NCBI GenBank assembly: GCA_964016885.1
Contig: OZ024742.1
Coordinates: 23,932,001-23,996,000, forward strand
Source: Eledone cirrhosa
Lineage: Eukaryota
DNA length: 64,000 nt
Direction of reading: 5' to 3'
Shown here: positions 26,990-42,347 of the stretch, piece by piece
Numbering within the stretch: position 1 is the first letter of the stretch
Layout of the letters: every line of letters begins with the position of its first letter
Position numbers and translations under genes: made by a program
Notes under the pieces: generated by a model
Database searches by the model: none
Seen by the model: only the letters and a program-made list of their open reading frames with translations
Told to the model about the DNA's origin: nothing

Positions 26990-28998
26990 AATATTATGTT
27001 TGCGAAGGAATTAGCCCTTCGATGTTGACAGCTAATAGTTACCTCCGTTCTATCGTTAATCGGTAGAGGTCGTGATAGAGTTATGTAATATGCTTCGGTA
27101 AGACAGAGGTCACAACATTTTCTTCGTCCATTGAACGGTTGGGCCCTAGCCAAGATATCCTATGTTAGTGAGTATTCAATGTTGGTTAATTTAAGGTTTT
27201 TAATGAGACTAGCTAGAGATGTCGAACATCTGTTGTTAGGGTCTCGGAAGGAAAAAGAGTGCACGTTATAGTGTACCTGAAAATGATTAGAGGTAGACCT
27301 GATATAGGAGCTGGTATGCGAAGCAGTTTTAACCGTGCACCTATAAACTATATTGGGTGTCGGGCAATGTCCATTTAGTGGGCATGCATTAGGGTAGCGG
27401 CAGTTGCAGTTACTTCTGCGATTAATGAGAGTAGGCTTGTTTAACCTAAGTGGTTCGTCCGTGCTAGAAGGATTAGATGGGGGAGGTGTGCTACTAGAGT
27501 AAGTATTGGTGTAGTGGCGTGGTGTATTTGATGGGGGTGGTGGTACCGCGTTGTGGGAGTTATACTGTCTTAGTTTATGATGGTTACTGAATGCGATGTG
27601 GCTAGCTAGGTTAGGTGTTGTGGAGATGAGATTTTAATGTTATTTTTATTAAAGAGTTTGTCATATCTATGGTGGCGGGGGGGGACATGTTTAGATAGGA
27701 TAGAGAAGAAGCGTTTAGGGATATTAGTGGCTAGATTAGATGAGAATGAGAGGTTAAGCCAGGTGCTATTTCTAGGCCTATTCCTTCTAGAGGTTCTAGT
27801 GGAGTTGGTAGGGGCCTTCATGGGCTTATTATTACCTGGGCAGTTATTATTTGTCATCCCATTGCTCATTCCTATTCTAGGGTTGATTTTTAGTTTGCTA
27901 CTTGGAGTGGGAAGCAGGCCACTGCCACCATTAAGGTTCCCTGTATAGGTGCTGTTACTGCTAAAATTCCGGCGAATTTGGCTATATGCTAAGGTATTTC
28001 TAGTTCTAGTGTTAAGTTCATTATGGTTGTGGTGAATTGCTGTGTTATGGCATTTAGGTATGTAGTAAATGGACTGTTCATAACCATATTCAAAAAGAGT
28101 CTTATTATAATATGCCGCATGGTTTATAAATATCTCCTCATTTGCTGATAGCATGGAGATCCTATACGAGATAGATTTGATTACTGCTCTGATGATTACC
28201 GGTGGGTGGTTAGAGTGCGGGCTAATATATGTAAGTATTTCACATGGTTTATGATACGTGTAATATAGGTTATTGTTAAGATCCAGGGTAACGTCTAGGA
28301 AGTTTACTACTTTATGGTTCGGCTCGATGGTGATAGAGAGACAGTTATTTTTAAAAAAATCTATGTAATTGTTTTTGAGAAAGTCAATGCCTCGATTAGT
28401 GCAATTGTGGACTGCAAATATGGCGTCGTCCCTCTATATTCCGCCTTGCAAGGGTTGGATTTCGGCTCTGATGTTATGTAATAGGTAAATTCCAACTAAA
28501 TCGGTGATTTGCGCAGAGTCAGTTGAGCCCATCGTGATGTCAAAGTTGTCTGTTCTGTCTTTTCTAGTCCAGAGTGCTCCGTTGAATTCAATGATGGTCT
28601 TCCTAGCCATAAGTATGATGTCAATCTCATTATTGGTTATGTCAGAGTTGGTGCTGGCTAGGGTTAATGCTTTGTTGAGCAGTTCCGGGGTTATTGAAGT
28701 GTAATAGCTGTCAATGTCAAATTGGATGAACCTCATAGATTCCTTGGACCTTAGATCGGAGAACCATCTAATGACTTGGCCGGTGTTGGACCACATCTTG
28801 TAGGTGATATCATCCCGTAGCCCAGGGATGATCCTGTCAAGGATGTTCTTACTGATACGACCCAAGTCGGATGTGGTTGGGCTTATAACTCTAATAGATG
28901 GGTTCTCTATAAAGTTTGGCTTGTGTTCCTTGAGAGAGAACCTTGGAGTTGTAGGTACACAAGGGTGGGTAAATCTATCCAGATGCAAGTCCTTAACC
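26990..28998 (-). pseudogene. PLE reverse transcriptase plus C-terminal GIY-YIG endonuclease (disrupted)
   Basis: LKEHKPNF..NPSIRVISP; FIQFDIDSYYTSI; FDITMGSTDSAQITDLVG; GI*RDD (YRDD with a stop); VNFLDVTLDL; CNCRYPNACPLNGHC..IVY; YIRSTS; CDLCLTE. Confidence 0.9.
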
Positions 28999-29405
28999 AA
29001 GTTCCGATGAACTGCTCTATTTTTACCTATGTTAATTATTTTCAACTGAACCAGATCAATAATGATCTATGATCATTTGATCCAGAAATATGATATGGAG
29101 TAGCGAAACAATTGTAAACGGACATTATTAATATTAATATTATTATTATTCTCTACAATCCTTACATCAAACTAAAATATTTTGACAATCTTTTAATAAT
29201 GTCTTCCTTCTGTGGTCTTGTTTTGCTTAACTAATAAATATTTCCAGCTCTGTGCACCTAACCTCTGCATGACCCCAGCCACCTAGCTGATTTCCACTGC
29301 ATATTGCACATTGTGCACATGCCTTTACGTTTTGGCTTCTAACTAATTCACCAATCTCTCCTCTCCTATCTCCATCTCTCTCTTTAAGATTGGTTACTCT
29401 TAAAC

Positions 29406-29473
<68 letters not shown>

Positions 29474-29530
29474 TGTATATATATATATATTTATATATAT
29501 ATATATATATGTATATAGATATGTATATAA

Positions 29531-29604
<74 letters not shown>

Positions 29605-29610
29605 GTATAT

Positions 29611-29681
<71 letters not shown>

Positions 29682-30583
29682 TATGTATGTATATGATGGC
29701 TGCGCCCTCCTTATTGAGTATGGCCATTGCACGATATACCATTATTAATAATTATTAATTAATTCTATCGTGCAATGCCTGTGCGTCAAGATATTTTTTA
29801 AAGTGAGGAAAGACTGTGCACTGAGCCAATCCCACTCTCTGTGCGACAGTAGCTGTAACCCGAAAAGAAGAAAAGATCAACATCATCGGTAACTACTGAG
29901 CCGCAGTTTTTATATCGGAGTTATCCCAGTTTCATCAGTCGGCTTCTCCTAGAAGAATGCCCTGACAAAGGCTAGGAGTCCTTTACTCCCAGTGGTTTAA
30001 CCGCGCGATCGGGTGTCCAGCCCGACTATTTCTATGTCCCCGCGCATATACATACATATATACATGTATATATACATATTTACATACTTTTGGATGGCCG
30101 TTGACTCTTATGAGTTCTTCCGCCCTTTGTCTGGTTTTGATTTTTGTCCTGCAGGGTGTCCAAAATCACCCTCCTCACCAAGTAAACTTGGTAGGATTGC
30201 CGGTTTAGTCGCCGACGATCCAACCATGCGACAGGTTGTACTGGGTTACATCTTACCAGTAGTACTCAAGAGTGAACCGACATATATATATGCATACATA
30301 GATACATATACATACGTATATATATATATATATGTATGTATATGTATCATTTCTGATTTTTGCGTTTCGCTTCGCTTTTCCTGCCCGCCGAAAATGCGAT
30401 TCTTGCTGAATCTTTATTTGTATATATATATATTTATTTATTAAAATAACAGAATAAAATTTAAGCAAATAATCACTGCTTTCACCCTTAACGGGATCTT
30501 CTGCTCTACGGTTCGTATATATTTGATATTTATTTATCCTTATCGAGCCCTCATTGGATTTTAGTCTTCAAATTTATTGTTAT

Positions 30584-30650
<67 letters not shown>

Positions 30651-30654
30651 CCAA

Positions 30655-31330
30655 AGATTAATATGGTTCATTGATTACTCAATGAATATAGTTTTACAAT
30701 AGATTAAAAGCACTCAACAGTGACGTTTTCTGGAGTTATTAATATTATTCAAAATATTAATAAATGAAGACGTTCACATAATCAAAATATATGTTTTATT
30801 ATATATATTTCTTAGGTACTGTGCTGTTTTTTCAGTACGTCCTCATCAGCTAAAATATATGAAATGATGTATGACATACCTCAACTGTCTTGATGGTTCA
30901 ATTCCAGTATTGGCCGTGATTTATTACAACAAATCTCAATATTTATATACACAAATAATAACATGATAAACTTAAATATGATGAAATAGAGGATGTGGAG
31001 TGATATATAAGTATAAGGCGGGGGTGAGTATGAGAAAATGTAAGAAGAAATAAATAAACACATACGTACATAAATATTTAAATATTTAAATGCGTAAATA
31101 TCTGTGTTAGGGAAGAAAAGGAAGAGAGAGAGAGATAGAAGAGAAGAAAGAAGAAGAGAGAAAAAAGAAGGAGAGAGAGAGATAGAAGAGAGAAGATGGA
31201 ATACCTAACTGCAAAAAGGAAAGAATTAAAGAAAGAAAGAAAGAAAGAAGAAAGGGACATGATGCGTGACCGTTGTTTTTAAATATTAAGTCAAATAGAA
31301 GCGACCAATTAAATACCATGAAATTTTTAA
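30655..31330 (-). mobile_element. HHR-bearing repeat (second copy 54640-55212)
   Basis: Two similar copies, each starting at a (TA)n tract. Confidence 0.75.
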
Positions 31331-32214
31331 TATCTTTTGTATTTGGTTATGTTCGAGCTAATTATACTAATATATTATATCAAAATTAAACAATATAAAA
31401 ATATTTTCTATAATAATCAGAAGCATAGTTTAATTAATAAATATATTCAATATGTTGTTACAAAATTCAAACATCAAAAACATGTTTGCCTACCAAGCAA
31501 GTTTACAAACATATTAAATATGTATAAGGATATTTACCACAACTTATTCGCATATCACCATCAGTATATGCATTTTATATAATTATTATCTGAATTATTC
31601 TTTTTACATTATAAACAGTTGTCATTTACTTATAAGATTAATAAATAGTTATATTTACTCTTGAAAGTATTATTATTTAGATTTTAATTCCGTAACTATA
31701 TCATAATATTATAATATATGTAGTTTCCCTTTAAGGATTAATATTATAAATCATGTTAAATATACATTATTAATCTATTTGGATAGAACGAAAATTATAT
31801 ACGAAGACTGTAAACAAAGGAAGGTAATCCATGTGTGATCATTTACATTAACTAAGTGCTTTGAAAGCCAGAAATATTTCAAACCGCAAATTCAGAAAAT
31901 TCTAGTTATACAATGACCATTCTAAAACCGAACTTAGGATACTGAGTCACATCATGAGATTAATTTACATTATTAAAAAACTGATATACAATGTTTAAGG
32001 TAAAGCAAAACATTATATATATAATAATAATAATAATATTTCAAGAATTATGAATAATAGTCAATATTTTTTTCCTTCAGTATTTTTTCTAAATTAGATG
32101 CTCAAAATGTCTTTTCAGAATTATGGAGACAAGTTGCACATAATTCGTTCTTTTTATTAATTAAATTACCATAATTGGTAATTATTAAAGCACTTAGTTA
32201 ATATAAATTTACCA

Positions 32215-32462
32215 CATTCTGAGAAGTGGTATAAGCATAAGCCAGAGTCAGTGATAGAAAACGATCAGGTGAAGGTGCTATGGGATTTTAGCATAAAGAC
32301 GGACAAGAAATTAGAACACAATAGGCCTGACCTGGTGGTTTTGGACAAGGAAAAAAAGATTGTGCAGGATTGTAGATGTGGCCTGCCCATTTGACACGAG
32401 CGTGCAAGAAAAGGAAAGGGAGAAAATTAACCGATACCAGGACTTAAAGTGGGAGGTAAAAA
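32215..32462 (+). mobile_element. R4/Dong-like REL endonuclease fragment
   Basis: EKWYKHKPESVIENDQVKVLWDFSIKTDKKLEHNRPDLVV...IVDVACPFD...EKINRYQDLKWEV. Confidence 0.85.
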
Positions 32463-32464
32463 AT

Positions 32465-33608
32465 TCAGGATTTGCGAACCATAAATGCTCTTTCTCGAAC
32501 TCCAAGAGGAAATCATCCACGTCTTTATCACAGCTCATATGGTCAAAGAGAGGAATTTAAAATACTCCATTCTTTGGACTAAACTTCGGAACTGTGGAGT
32601 TTACCGCAACTCCAGTATATCAAATAACTGCGCGCTCTGTACAATGGAGACCCTGTTGATTATTAATAACTATGAAACCCTAATTAACAAAAAAAGTGAA
32701 TTATTCTCTAGTTGCCTCCATAAAGCTACGTCCACACTATTAGCCTCCCATAAAACGAGAATAAAAGAGAGAGAAGCACTTAACCATTAAAAACCTGGTT
32801 GTCAGACGTATATAATCAACAGGGGAAAACATTAATGGCCTTTAATATTGCATTATCTTATAACTATCTATAGAAGAAATAACGCTCGAATGAAAGACAC
32901 TTGTTCAATAACATCCTATCTAAGTTTTAAGTTTTAGTTTAATATCCAACCCATACATTTTTATGGAACTTATTTCTAACTGTGAATCTTTCATGTGTTT
33001 TTGATTATTATTTATTTCGAACTATGAATAATTAATGCATTTACACCCTGTTATATTTAGGTATATATTTAACTTTAGCATGCCTCAATCTTTTTGTTAT
33101 CATTTACCTAAAATATACTGGCTCATTAATAAATATCTATATACATAATCGTTATTTAAATATTTCTAACAATAAGTACTTCATAAGATTTACATACCAT
33201 ATATGTAGACAATGATTAACTTCGGTAAAGTTTACATTTAGGAAAATATTCAACAGTGTAAACTTTCTTTGCTTTTCTTATATATATATATATATGTATT
33301 TAACTATAACACGTTCGAAATTTATTATATAAAATTATAACCGTTATCATTTACCTAAAGTATACTGTATCAATAATATCTAATTTATATCAATAATACC
33401 TAATTTATATCCATATAAACTTCCATATATCTTTCTATACATAATTTTTAATTAACTTCTAAATTTATTGAGTATCATTTATTTCGAACTATGAATAATC
33501 AATGCATTTACACCCTGTTATATATAGGTATATATTTAACTTTAGCATGCCTCAATCTATTATTTTATTTTTAATTTCGTTATCATTTACTTAAAATATA
33601 CTGGCTCA

Positions 33609-33656
<48 letters not shown>

Positions 33657-33990
33657 TAATAGTTATTTAAATATTTCTAACAATAAGTACTTCATAAGAT
33701 TTACATACCATATATGTAGACAATGATTATCTTCGGTAAAGTTTACATTTAGGAAAATATTCGACAGTGTAAATTTTCCTTTCCGCTGGCCAGCTAAATC
33801 CTTTAAAAGTTATCCTCATAAAATTCCGAAGTTTAGAAATGTTAAAACACTTATAGAATTTACAAAACAAATAAATATAAATAACTATGGAAACATCTTG
33901 TTGAGTCAAACAAAGCCGTACGTTAAAACTATCCACGACGCAGAGAACCCACAACCTCTAACTGGATTACCTATAACAATAACTTGGTAT
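32465..33990 (+). mobile_element. PLE GIY-YIG C-terminus plus a 3' region with an internal duplication
   Basis: CALCTMETLLII...LINKKSELFSSCLHK; 33008-33265 is repeated at 33477-33780. Confidence 0.75.
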
Positions 33991-33991
33991 C

Positions 33992-34042
<51 letters not shown>

Positions 34043-34081
34043 GTATTTCCATAGAAAAGGTAAAGACATCCATATTAAATT

Positions 34082-34154
34082 TTCCTTTCCGATGAACGAG
34101 TTTGGACACCTATGTTGAGGTCGCCTGTCTTCGTGAAACCTTTGGTAAATGGAA
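34082..34154 (+). ncRNA. Hammerhead with U4C core
   Basis: ttccttt-CCGATGA-acgag...ttcgt-GAAA-cc ttt gg-TA-aatggaa. Confidence 0.75.
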
Positions 34155-34179
34155 CAATTGTATTGTGTTGTTCATTATA

Positions 34180-34274
<95 letters not shown>

Positions 34275-35119
34275 ATTTAAGCCTACATGACACATATCCA
34301 ATGCTGGAAGAAGTGATGTTTTATCGTCAGGAGGTGAATTCTTCATAAGATTATGGGACAAGGATTTGAGAAAGTCACCTGCATAGTCAATCAGATAATA
34401 CAGGGTGTTGAGATACACAATGACTGGCACAGTACAACCATTAATTGTTACAAGAGATAAAGCAATGTTCTAGAAAGGAGCAAGTTCTGAAAGTGAGATG
34501 AAGAGATCTACCACAACTAATTAGAGAAAGAATCAAATTATATGAGATGCAGTTTAGTTTTGGGCCAAGAAGGCCTCTCTTTAGTAAGACAACTACAACA
34601 GAAGACCTTAACTAAGAGTAAGCCTCTATATCTAGCTGTTGTTGATCTAAAGAAACCCTTTGACAGTTCAGGAATGTCCAGGAGACTGAAAGTGATGGTA
34701 GATGGATATATTTAGTAGACAGAAACTGCAGATTCTGTCAAATATATACATGTGAGGATCATCATCATCGCTATAATCATTGTCTTACATCAAATTGTTC
34801 ATGCTGTCATGTTGTACAGCTGGAAACCTTTCTTCATCGTAACTCTTATAGCCACTTCTTGCGACACACCAAAATATCGTGAACCTATTCTAAACTGGAT
34901 ACACATGAGTGTGTTTCTGTGTGTGGGGGGGGGGGGGGCGTGTGTGGTTATGTGTGTGTATGTGTGTCTTTGTGTGTGTTTATTTGGTGGAGGTTAACAG
35001 TTTGACCAAAAGAAGGTTGTAAAACGCCAGGCATGAAAAAATGTGTACAGTGACACAATAAAATAATATATACAGTAATAAATTAATTGAAAGATTAAAA
35101 ATATATATAAAAATAGGTT

Positions 35120-35415
35120 TGGATCATGATCTTAAGGTTGTCAGTTTGATTCTCGATGATGCTTTGTGAACTTGAGCAGGCAGTGTATTTAATATTGATC
35201 CAGTCCACCCACCTAGCAATAACAAGTTGGACTAGTAATTCAAAGACATATTTTTTATTGAACTCTCTGTCACACTGATTCTTCCTGAGAACTAACTACG
35301 TAAAATACACCTAAGACTGTGGAATGCTCTGCCACTTGCACCTAAATTTCACAAGTATCATATACCATAGATCAAACAACTTGGATGCTCGTCATCGTAA
35401 CCGACGGAAGTCCAA
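35120..35415 (+). mobile_element. Degenerate SINE-like repeat
   Basis: tRNA-arm-like start followed by CORE-like gtgaacttgagcaggcag; diverged. Confidence 0.4.
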
Positions 35416-35755
35416 CATATCTTTATAAGAAATATTATTCCGCAATGAAGGAAAACAAAGAAATCGTATGCAAAATATTTCTGTGTAGTTGTAGAAATTA
35501 TTTCTTTGAAATTGTCTGAAAGAAAATGGAAACTGGCTTATCTTCTGTTTTCTGGGGAAGAAAAAGAAATGTTTAATGTTTCTGGTTTTGTTTTGTGGTT
35601 GTATTTTTGTTATCAGAGCAAGACCAGATTTTACTGTTAGACCTATTATGTGCATTGACATATGTATAAGTATGGGTGTATAAACTTATATAATACATGT
35701 ATATACATATGTACTTACATGTATATGTCTCGGTGTAAGTATGGATGTATGAATA

Positions 35756-35824
<69 letters not shown>

Positions 35825-35846
35825 ATATATATATGTATACATATAC

Positions 35847-35879
<33 letters not shown>

Positions 35880-35881
35880 AG

Positions 35882-35932
<51 letters not shown>

Positions 35933-35984
35933 GTATATATATACATATATATATATATATGTATATATATATGTGTATATATAC

Positions 35985-36053
<69 letters not shown>

Positions 36054-36079
36054 ATATATATATATATAGATATGTATTC

Positions 36080-36136
<57 letters not shown>

Positions 36137-36158
36137 ATATATATATGTATACATATAC

Positions 36159-36189
<31 letters not shown>

Positions 36190-36191
36190 AG

Positions 36192-36242
<51 letters not shown>

Positions 36243-36295
36243 GTATATATATACATATATATATATATATGTATATATATATGTGTATATATACA

Positions 36296-36365
<70 letters not shown>

Positions 36366-36391
36366 ATATATATATATATAGATATGTATTC

Positions 36392-36449
<58 letters not shown>

Positions 36450-36517
36450 GAATACATGTGCATATTTAATCCAGATGATTATACATATATAAAAACAACA
36501 CACATCTTATGTATGTA

Positions 36518-36565
<48 letters not shown>

Positions 36566-36729
36566 CCTCTCTCTCCCTCTCTCTCCCTCTCTCACTCTCT
36601 CACTCTCTCTCATTGTCTCCCTCTCTGTATATATATATATATATAGTTGAAGCTAATTCGAACACACCGATACCTTAACACAAAGAAATATTATATATAC
36701 CGACACTCAAAAATACACATATAGATAGA

Positions 36730-36900
36730 TATACATAGGTATATAGTCACAAATAAATATGTTTGTATGTGCACACCTATATGTATGTATATATATAAAC
36801 GTGCATATATATATATATATATGCACGTTTATATATATACATACATATAGGTGTGCACACACAAACATATTTATTTGTGACTATATACCTATGTATATAT
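36730..36900. repeat. Palindrome with ~80-bp arms centred on (AT)n
   Basis: Direct reverse-complement match. Confidence 0.85.
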
Positions 36901-37869
36901 TTCGTATCATGCATTTGATATTATATAGTTGAAGATCCCTGTTAAAGGAACTCTAGTACACAGTTTTTTGTTAATTTCTCTTTTTTGTTAATTTTTCTGT
37001 TGAAACTTTGAAGTATTTCTGGCACTATAGAATGTCTTGTACTGATTTATTTGGTAGCCCCAAACTGAGAGAAGCTGAGAGAACCCAGATATTTTGAGAA
37101 TGTATTCTGCGATAATGTTCCTCCCTTAGCAATTAATTCTAATTTTATTAATCGTGTAATTGTATTTTGTGGTGTGTCGTTTACTTTTTGTTTTTATTGT
37201 ATTTATCGTAGGGTATGGTATTGTAATATAGTTGTGATGGTGACATGATTAAAAAAAGCGCCCTGTTTTTTTCCTTTTGTGCCATGATACAAACACGCAG
37301 TGCACTCTGTAATGTGGTCGTGCTGGTGACATAATGAAACCACACCCAGTCAACTCTAGAGGATGGTCATTTTAGTGTCATGAAACAAACCCCCATTCCA
37401 GACAGTAACATTGTTGGCATTAGGAGAGGCTCCCCGGTGCAGTAGCGACCATGTGCATCTGCATGCATTTTCAAACCCATACATCAGTTCGGAAAGGAAA
37501 CTCTGCCTGCTTATTTGTCTTACTTCGACTGTTTCAACTTCACATCTGAAATTAATGTAATATCCCGGAAATATTTTGCTAAAATGTACTGGGTAAAACA
37601 TTATTTTGTTTTGATTTATTTTCTTTGGCATTATTTGCCTTTTGTATTTTTCTACCACACTCTATCCGCTAAAATGTTAGTCTTTACCTGTATATATATA
37701 TATATATATATTTGATATATCTCATATGAAATGATACACCCAATTTTCCACACAATACAATTAGTTAGCACCCGAACGTTTAATTAGCAATATACTCAGG
37801 TATTTCCTAATGTTTGTTGAGTGAGTTTGAATTTGGCCGGAGTATCGCTATTAGCTTCCTCCGATAATG

Positions 37870-37926
<57 letters not shown>

Positions 37927-38132
37927 AATTAGTATATCTACCAACATATATATACAATTAATTAACCTCGATGTCACGTGATTCGTTCTTTTGAATTTGC
38001 CACCGACCAAGTAGGCAGTGATTTTTTCAATGTCTTGGAATTTAGTCCTCGCTTGCTTTTTTCCATCCACGGAATTATTTTTGTATAAGTTCCCTGTGTC
38101 CCCGCATCGCCTGGGAACTTAGCTGAGAATTG

Positions 38133-38215
38133 ACTCCTGATGACGAAAGGACTTCTCCATGTTGTTCCATTCGGAAACCATGTTTATTCCCTTTCAGAAA
38201 CTAATTAGTTGGAGT
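38133..38215 (+). ncRNA. Type I hammerhead with extended stem II
   Basis: actc-CTGATGA-cgaaagg...cctttca-GAAA-ctaattag-TT-ggagt (one-base irregularity in stem I). Confidence 0.65.
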
Positions 38216-38374
38216 GAAATTTTAGTAAGTAAGTTAATTTTTATAATTTTCTTATATTACGTCTTTCATATATATATATATATATATATGTGAGTGTCTG
38301 TGTATATATATGTATATATATGTATATATATATATATGTATATATTTGTATATATATATTTATATATATATATT

Positions 38375-38413
<39 letters not shown>

Positions 38414-38528
38414 CAAAGAAAGTGTAGTAAGGAACCACGTGAACCATAAGACACCAGACTACTCAATACTTAGGGTAGTAGAGTGGATAATAGGAAAAGA
38501 GTCAGTTCCCGATGGCCCTGACTCTTTT

Positions 38529-38576
<48 letters not shown>

Positions 38577-38828
38577 TATATATATGTATGAATATATACA
38601 CATATATATATAAATACACATGTGTGTGCATGTATGAGTATGTGCATAAATATATATATATATATATGCATATATATATATCACATTATCATCATCATTG
38701 TTTAACGTCCATCTTCAATGCTGTGTATACACATATATAAATATTATATATAAATGTATGTGTGTGTGTATATATACATTATATAAATATGTGTGTGTGT
38801 ATATATATATATATAAACACACACACAC

Positions 38829-38905
<77 letters not shown>

Positions 38906-39035
38906 ATCACTCTTATATCGACTCTTACATATAGCCACAGGTTGACCAGGATATTTTGAGATAATCTTTTACAGCTAGATGCCCTTTTTGATAACAACCC
39001 ACTTATGATATGAAGGGATAAACAAGTCTAATAGG

Positions 39036-39210
<175 letters not shown>

Positions 39211-39283
39211 ATATATACATATATATATAAATGTTATATATATGTATATACGCATACATATAAACGCATATATATATATATAC

Positions 39284-39319
<36 letters not shown>

Positions 39320-39349
39320 GTATTATATATATATATATATACGTATATA

Positions 39350-39383
<34 letters not shown>

Positions 39384-39396
39384 CGCATTATATATG

Positions 39397-39531
<135 letters not shown>

Positions 39532-39853
39532 ATATATCATTAACATAGCTCTGCTGAAAAAAGATTAACTTATGATTGGAAAATTTAAGTGTTGACAAAT
39601 TTACTGCTGCAAAAATGATTTATTATACATTCCATTTGTCCATGAAATATAAAAAGAGGAGCTCTCTGAGGAAATTCCTTGATAAAGTAACTCTTAATGA
39701 TGCATGAAATTTATAGAAAACTGCAAGAATTTACCGTAATAAAAATGATCCATATATTAGAACGTTTGCTATCCAAGACCTAGCAGATGAATGTGGTGAA
39801 GAAGAAATTCTTTTGAGATGAAAATTTATTTTGAACATCACAAATTTATATAA

Positions 39854-39902
<49 letters not shown>

Positions 39903-39916
39903 TATGTATATATGTA

Positions 39917-39953
<37 letters not shown>

Positions 39954-40225
39954 TTGCGAGGTTTTTTTTTATATGAAATCGTGTGTCGAAACAAATATTG
40001 TTATACTTAGGGAGGGTCATATTTGTGTAATATTGCCAGAATTAATAACAGAACACACTCACTGTTTGGTTGGTTTTCGCTTCTCACTTCTGTGTCTTTT
40101 ATATTAGATTACCGATATAAAAGACACAGAAGCGAGAAGCGAAAACCAACCAAACAGTGAGTGTGTTCTGTTATTAATTCTGGCAATATTACACAAATAT
40201 GACCCACCCCAAGTATAACAATATA

Positions 40226-40389
<164 letters not shown>

Positions 40390-40399
40390 CATACACACA

Positions 40400-40443
<44 letters not shown>

Positions 40444-40453
40444 CATACACACA

Positions 40454-40497
<44 letters not shown>

Positions 40498-40507
40498 CAT
40501 ACACACA

Positions 40508-40590
<83 letters not shown>

Positions 40591-40654
40591 TATATATATA
40601 TTATATATATATAATATATATATATATATATTATATATATATAATATATATATA

Positions 40655-40785
<131 letters not shown>

Positions 40786-40793
40786 CGTGTGTG

Positions 40794-40837
<44 letters not shown>

Positions 40838-40851
40838 CATACACACATATA

Positions 40852-41465
40852 TATTTATTAAAATAACAGATTAAAGTTTAAGCAAAGAATCGCTGCTTTC
40901 ACTCTTAACGGGATCTTCTGAAACTAACAACGTCAATCCGTAAACGCAGAAGTGGATATTTCAAAAAACGTTGCAACCGGAGGAAGCCAGGAAGACGATA
41001 CTTTGGTTCGTGGAAACGTTCCCTGGCAAAGAACGGGAAAAAACGAATATAATACGTCATTAATAGGAACGGTGAAAAACAATTACGCGCAAAGACAGAA
41101 CCATGACCTCTTTTATACCATAAACGTGGTTCTGTCTTTGCGCGTAATTGTTTTTCACCGCTCCTATTAATGACCTATTATATTCGTTTTTTCCCGTTCT
41201 TTGCCAGCGAACGTTTCCACGAACCAAAGCATCGTCTTCCTGTCTTCCTCCGGTTGCAACGTTTTTTGAAATATCCACTTCTGCCTTTACAGATTGACTT
41301 TGTTAGTTTCAGAAGATCCCGTTAAGGTTGAAAGCAGCGATTCTTTGCTTAAACTTTAATCTGTTATTTTAATAAATATGTGCTCTACGGTTCTTATATA
41401 TTTGATATATATTTATCCTTATCGAGCCCTCTTTGGATTTTAGTCTTCAAATTTATTATTATTAC
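40852..41465. mobile_element. Head-to-head pair of an HHR family with U4A core (HHRs 40876-40924 minus, 41306-41354 plus; other copies 55589-55637, 19130, 30460-30502, tails at 8470-8545, 42100-42205, 55437-55565)
   Basis: gttt-CAGAAGA-tccc gttaa gggt-GAAA-gca...tgc-TT-aaac. Confidence 0.75.
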
Positions 41466-41598
41466 TATATATATATATATATATATATATATGAATATAT
41501 ATATATATATATTTATATACATATACATATATATACATATACATATATATATACATATACATATATATATACATATACATATATATATATACATATAT

Positions 41599-41634
<36 letters not shown>

Positions 41635-41692
41635 TTATACATATTCATATATATATATACATATATACATATACATATATATATACATATAC

Positions 41693-41725
<33 letters not shown>

Positions 41726-41869
41726 CATATACATACATATACATATATATATAGATATATATATACATATATATATATAAAATATACATATATATATATA
41801 TATATACATACATATATATATATATATACATACATATACACATATATATATATACATATATATATATAT

Positions 41870-42060
41870 AATAATTGTTTCTACTTTAGGCACAAGGCCA
41901 GCATTTACCCAGTATATTACTGGTACTTTATTTTCTCGACACCGTAAGTATGAAAGGCAAAGTTAACCTCGGCGGGATTTGAACTCAGACCGTAAAGGGA
42001 CGTAACTATGCTGGAAAGCATGGCGTCCGACTCTCTACCGATACTGCCAATCCACCGCCC
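41870..42060 (-). mobile_element. tRNA-derived SINE (further copies 42420-42612, 43458-43548, 48490-48675, 49040-49150)
   Basis: A/B boxes plus a conserved central domain gcctttcatccttacggggtcgataaaataaagtaccag (Nin/Deu-like) and an (ATT)n tail. Confidence 0.85.
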
Positions 42061-42291
42061 TTATATATATATAATAATATATATATATATATATAATAAT
42101 AAAAATAAATGTGAAGACTAAAATCCAAAGAGGGCTCAATAAGGATGCTGTTAATGGTGAAAGCAGCGATTATTTGCTTAAACTTTAATCTGTTATTTTA
42201 ATAAATATATATATATATATATTCCTATGTTCCAAGGCTCTGATACCATCAACACTATACACACAGAGCTGGCATATCTAAGAACTGACTA

Positions 42292-42347
42292 ACTGCCTGA
42301 TGAGGTCATAGCCATTCAATGGCTATCATCGAAATATATATAGCAGT
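42292..42347 (+). ncRNA. Type I hammerhead followed by AATAAA
   Basis: actgc-CTGATGA-ggtc atagccat tca atggctat catc-GAAA-tatata-TA-gcagt-aaataaa. Confidence 0.9.

Larger units (their letters stand above)
26145..29240 (-). mobile_element. Penelope-like retroelement, 5'-truncated, with inverted terminal repeat (28999-29240 mirrors 26145-26598)
   Basis: RT and GIY-YIG on the minus strand; HHR in both arms. Confidence 0.9.

Noticed and set aside
28999-29045. N-terminus of ORF 28434..29045 as the true RT start
   Set aside because: It derives from the inverted terminal repeat fused at ~28998.
34295-34390. VLSSGGEFFIRLWD, a WD40-like peptide on the plus strand
   Set aside because: Single short match with no convincing splice sites.
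36940-37250. Possible decayed PLE RT fragment on the minus strand
   Set aside because: Similarity too weak to support by eye.
39715-39830. Exon-like open segment on either strand
   Set aside because: Strand ambiguous and no recognisable homology.
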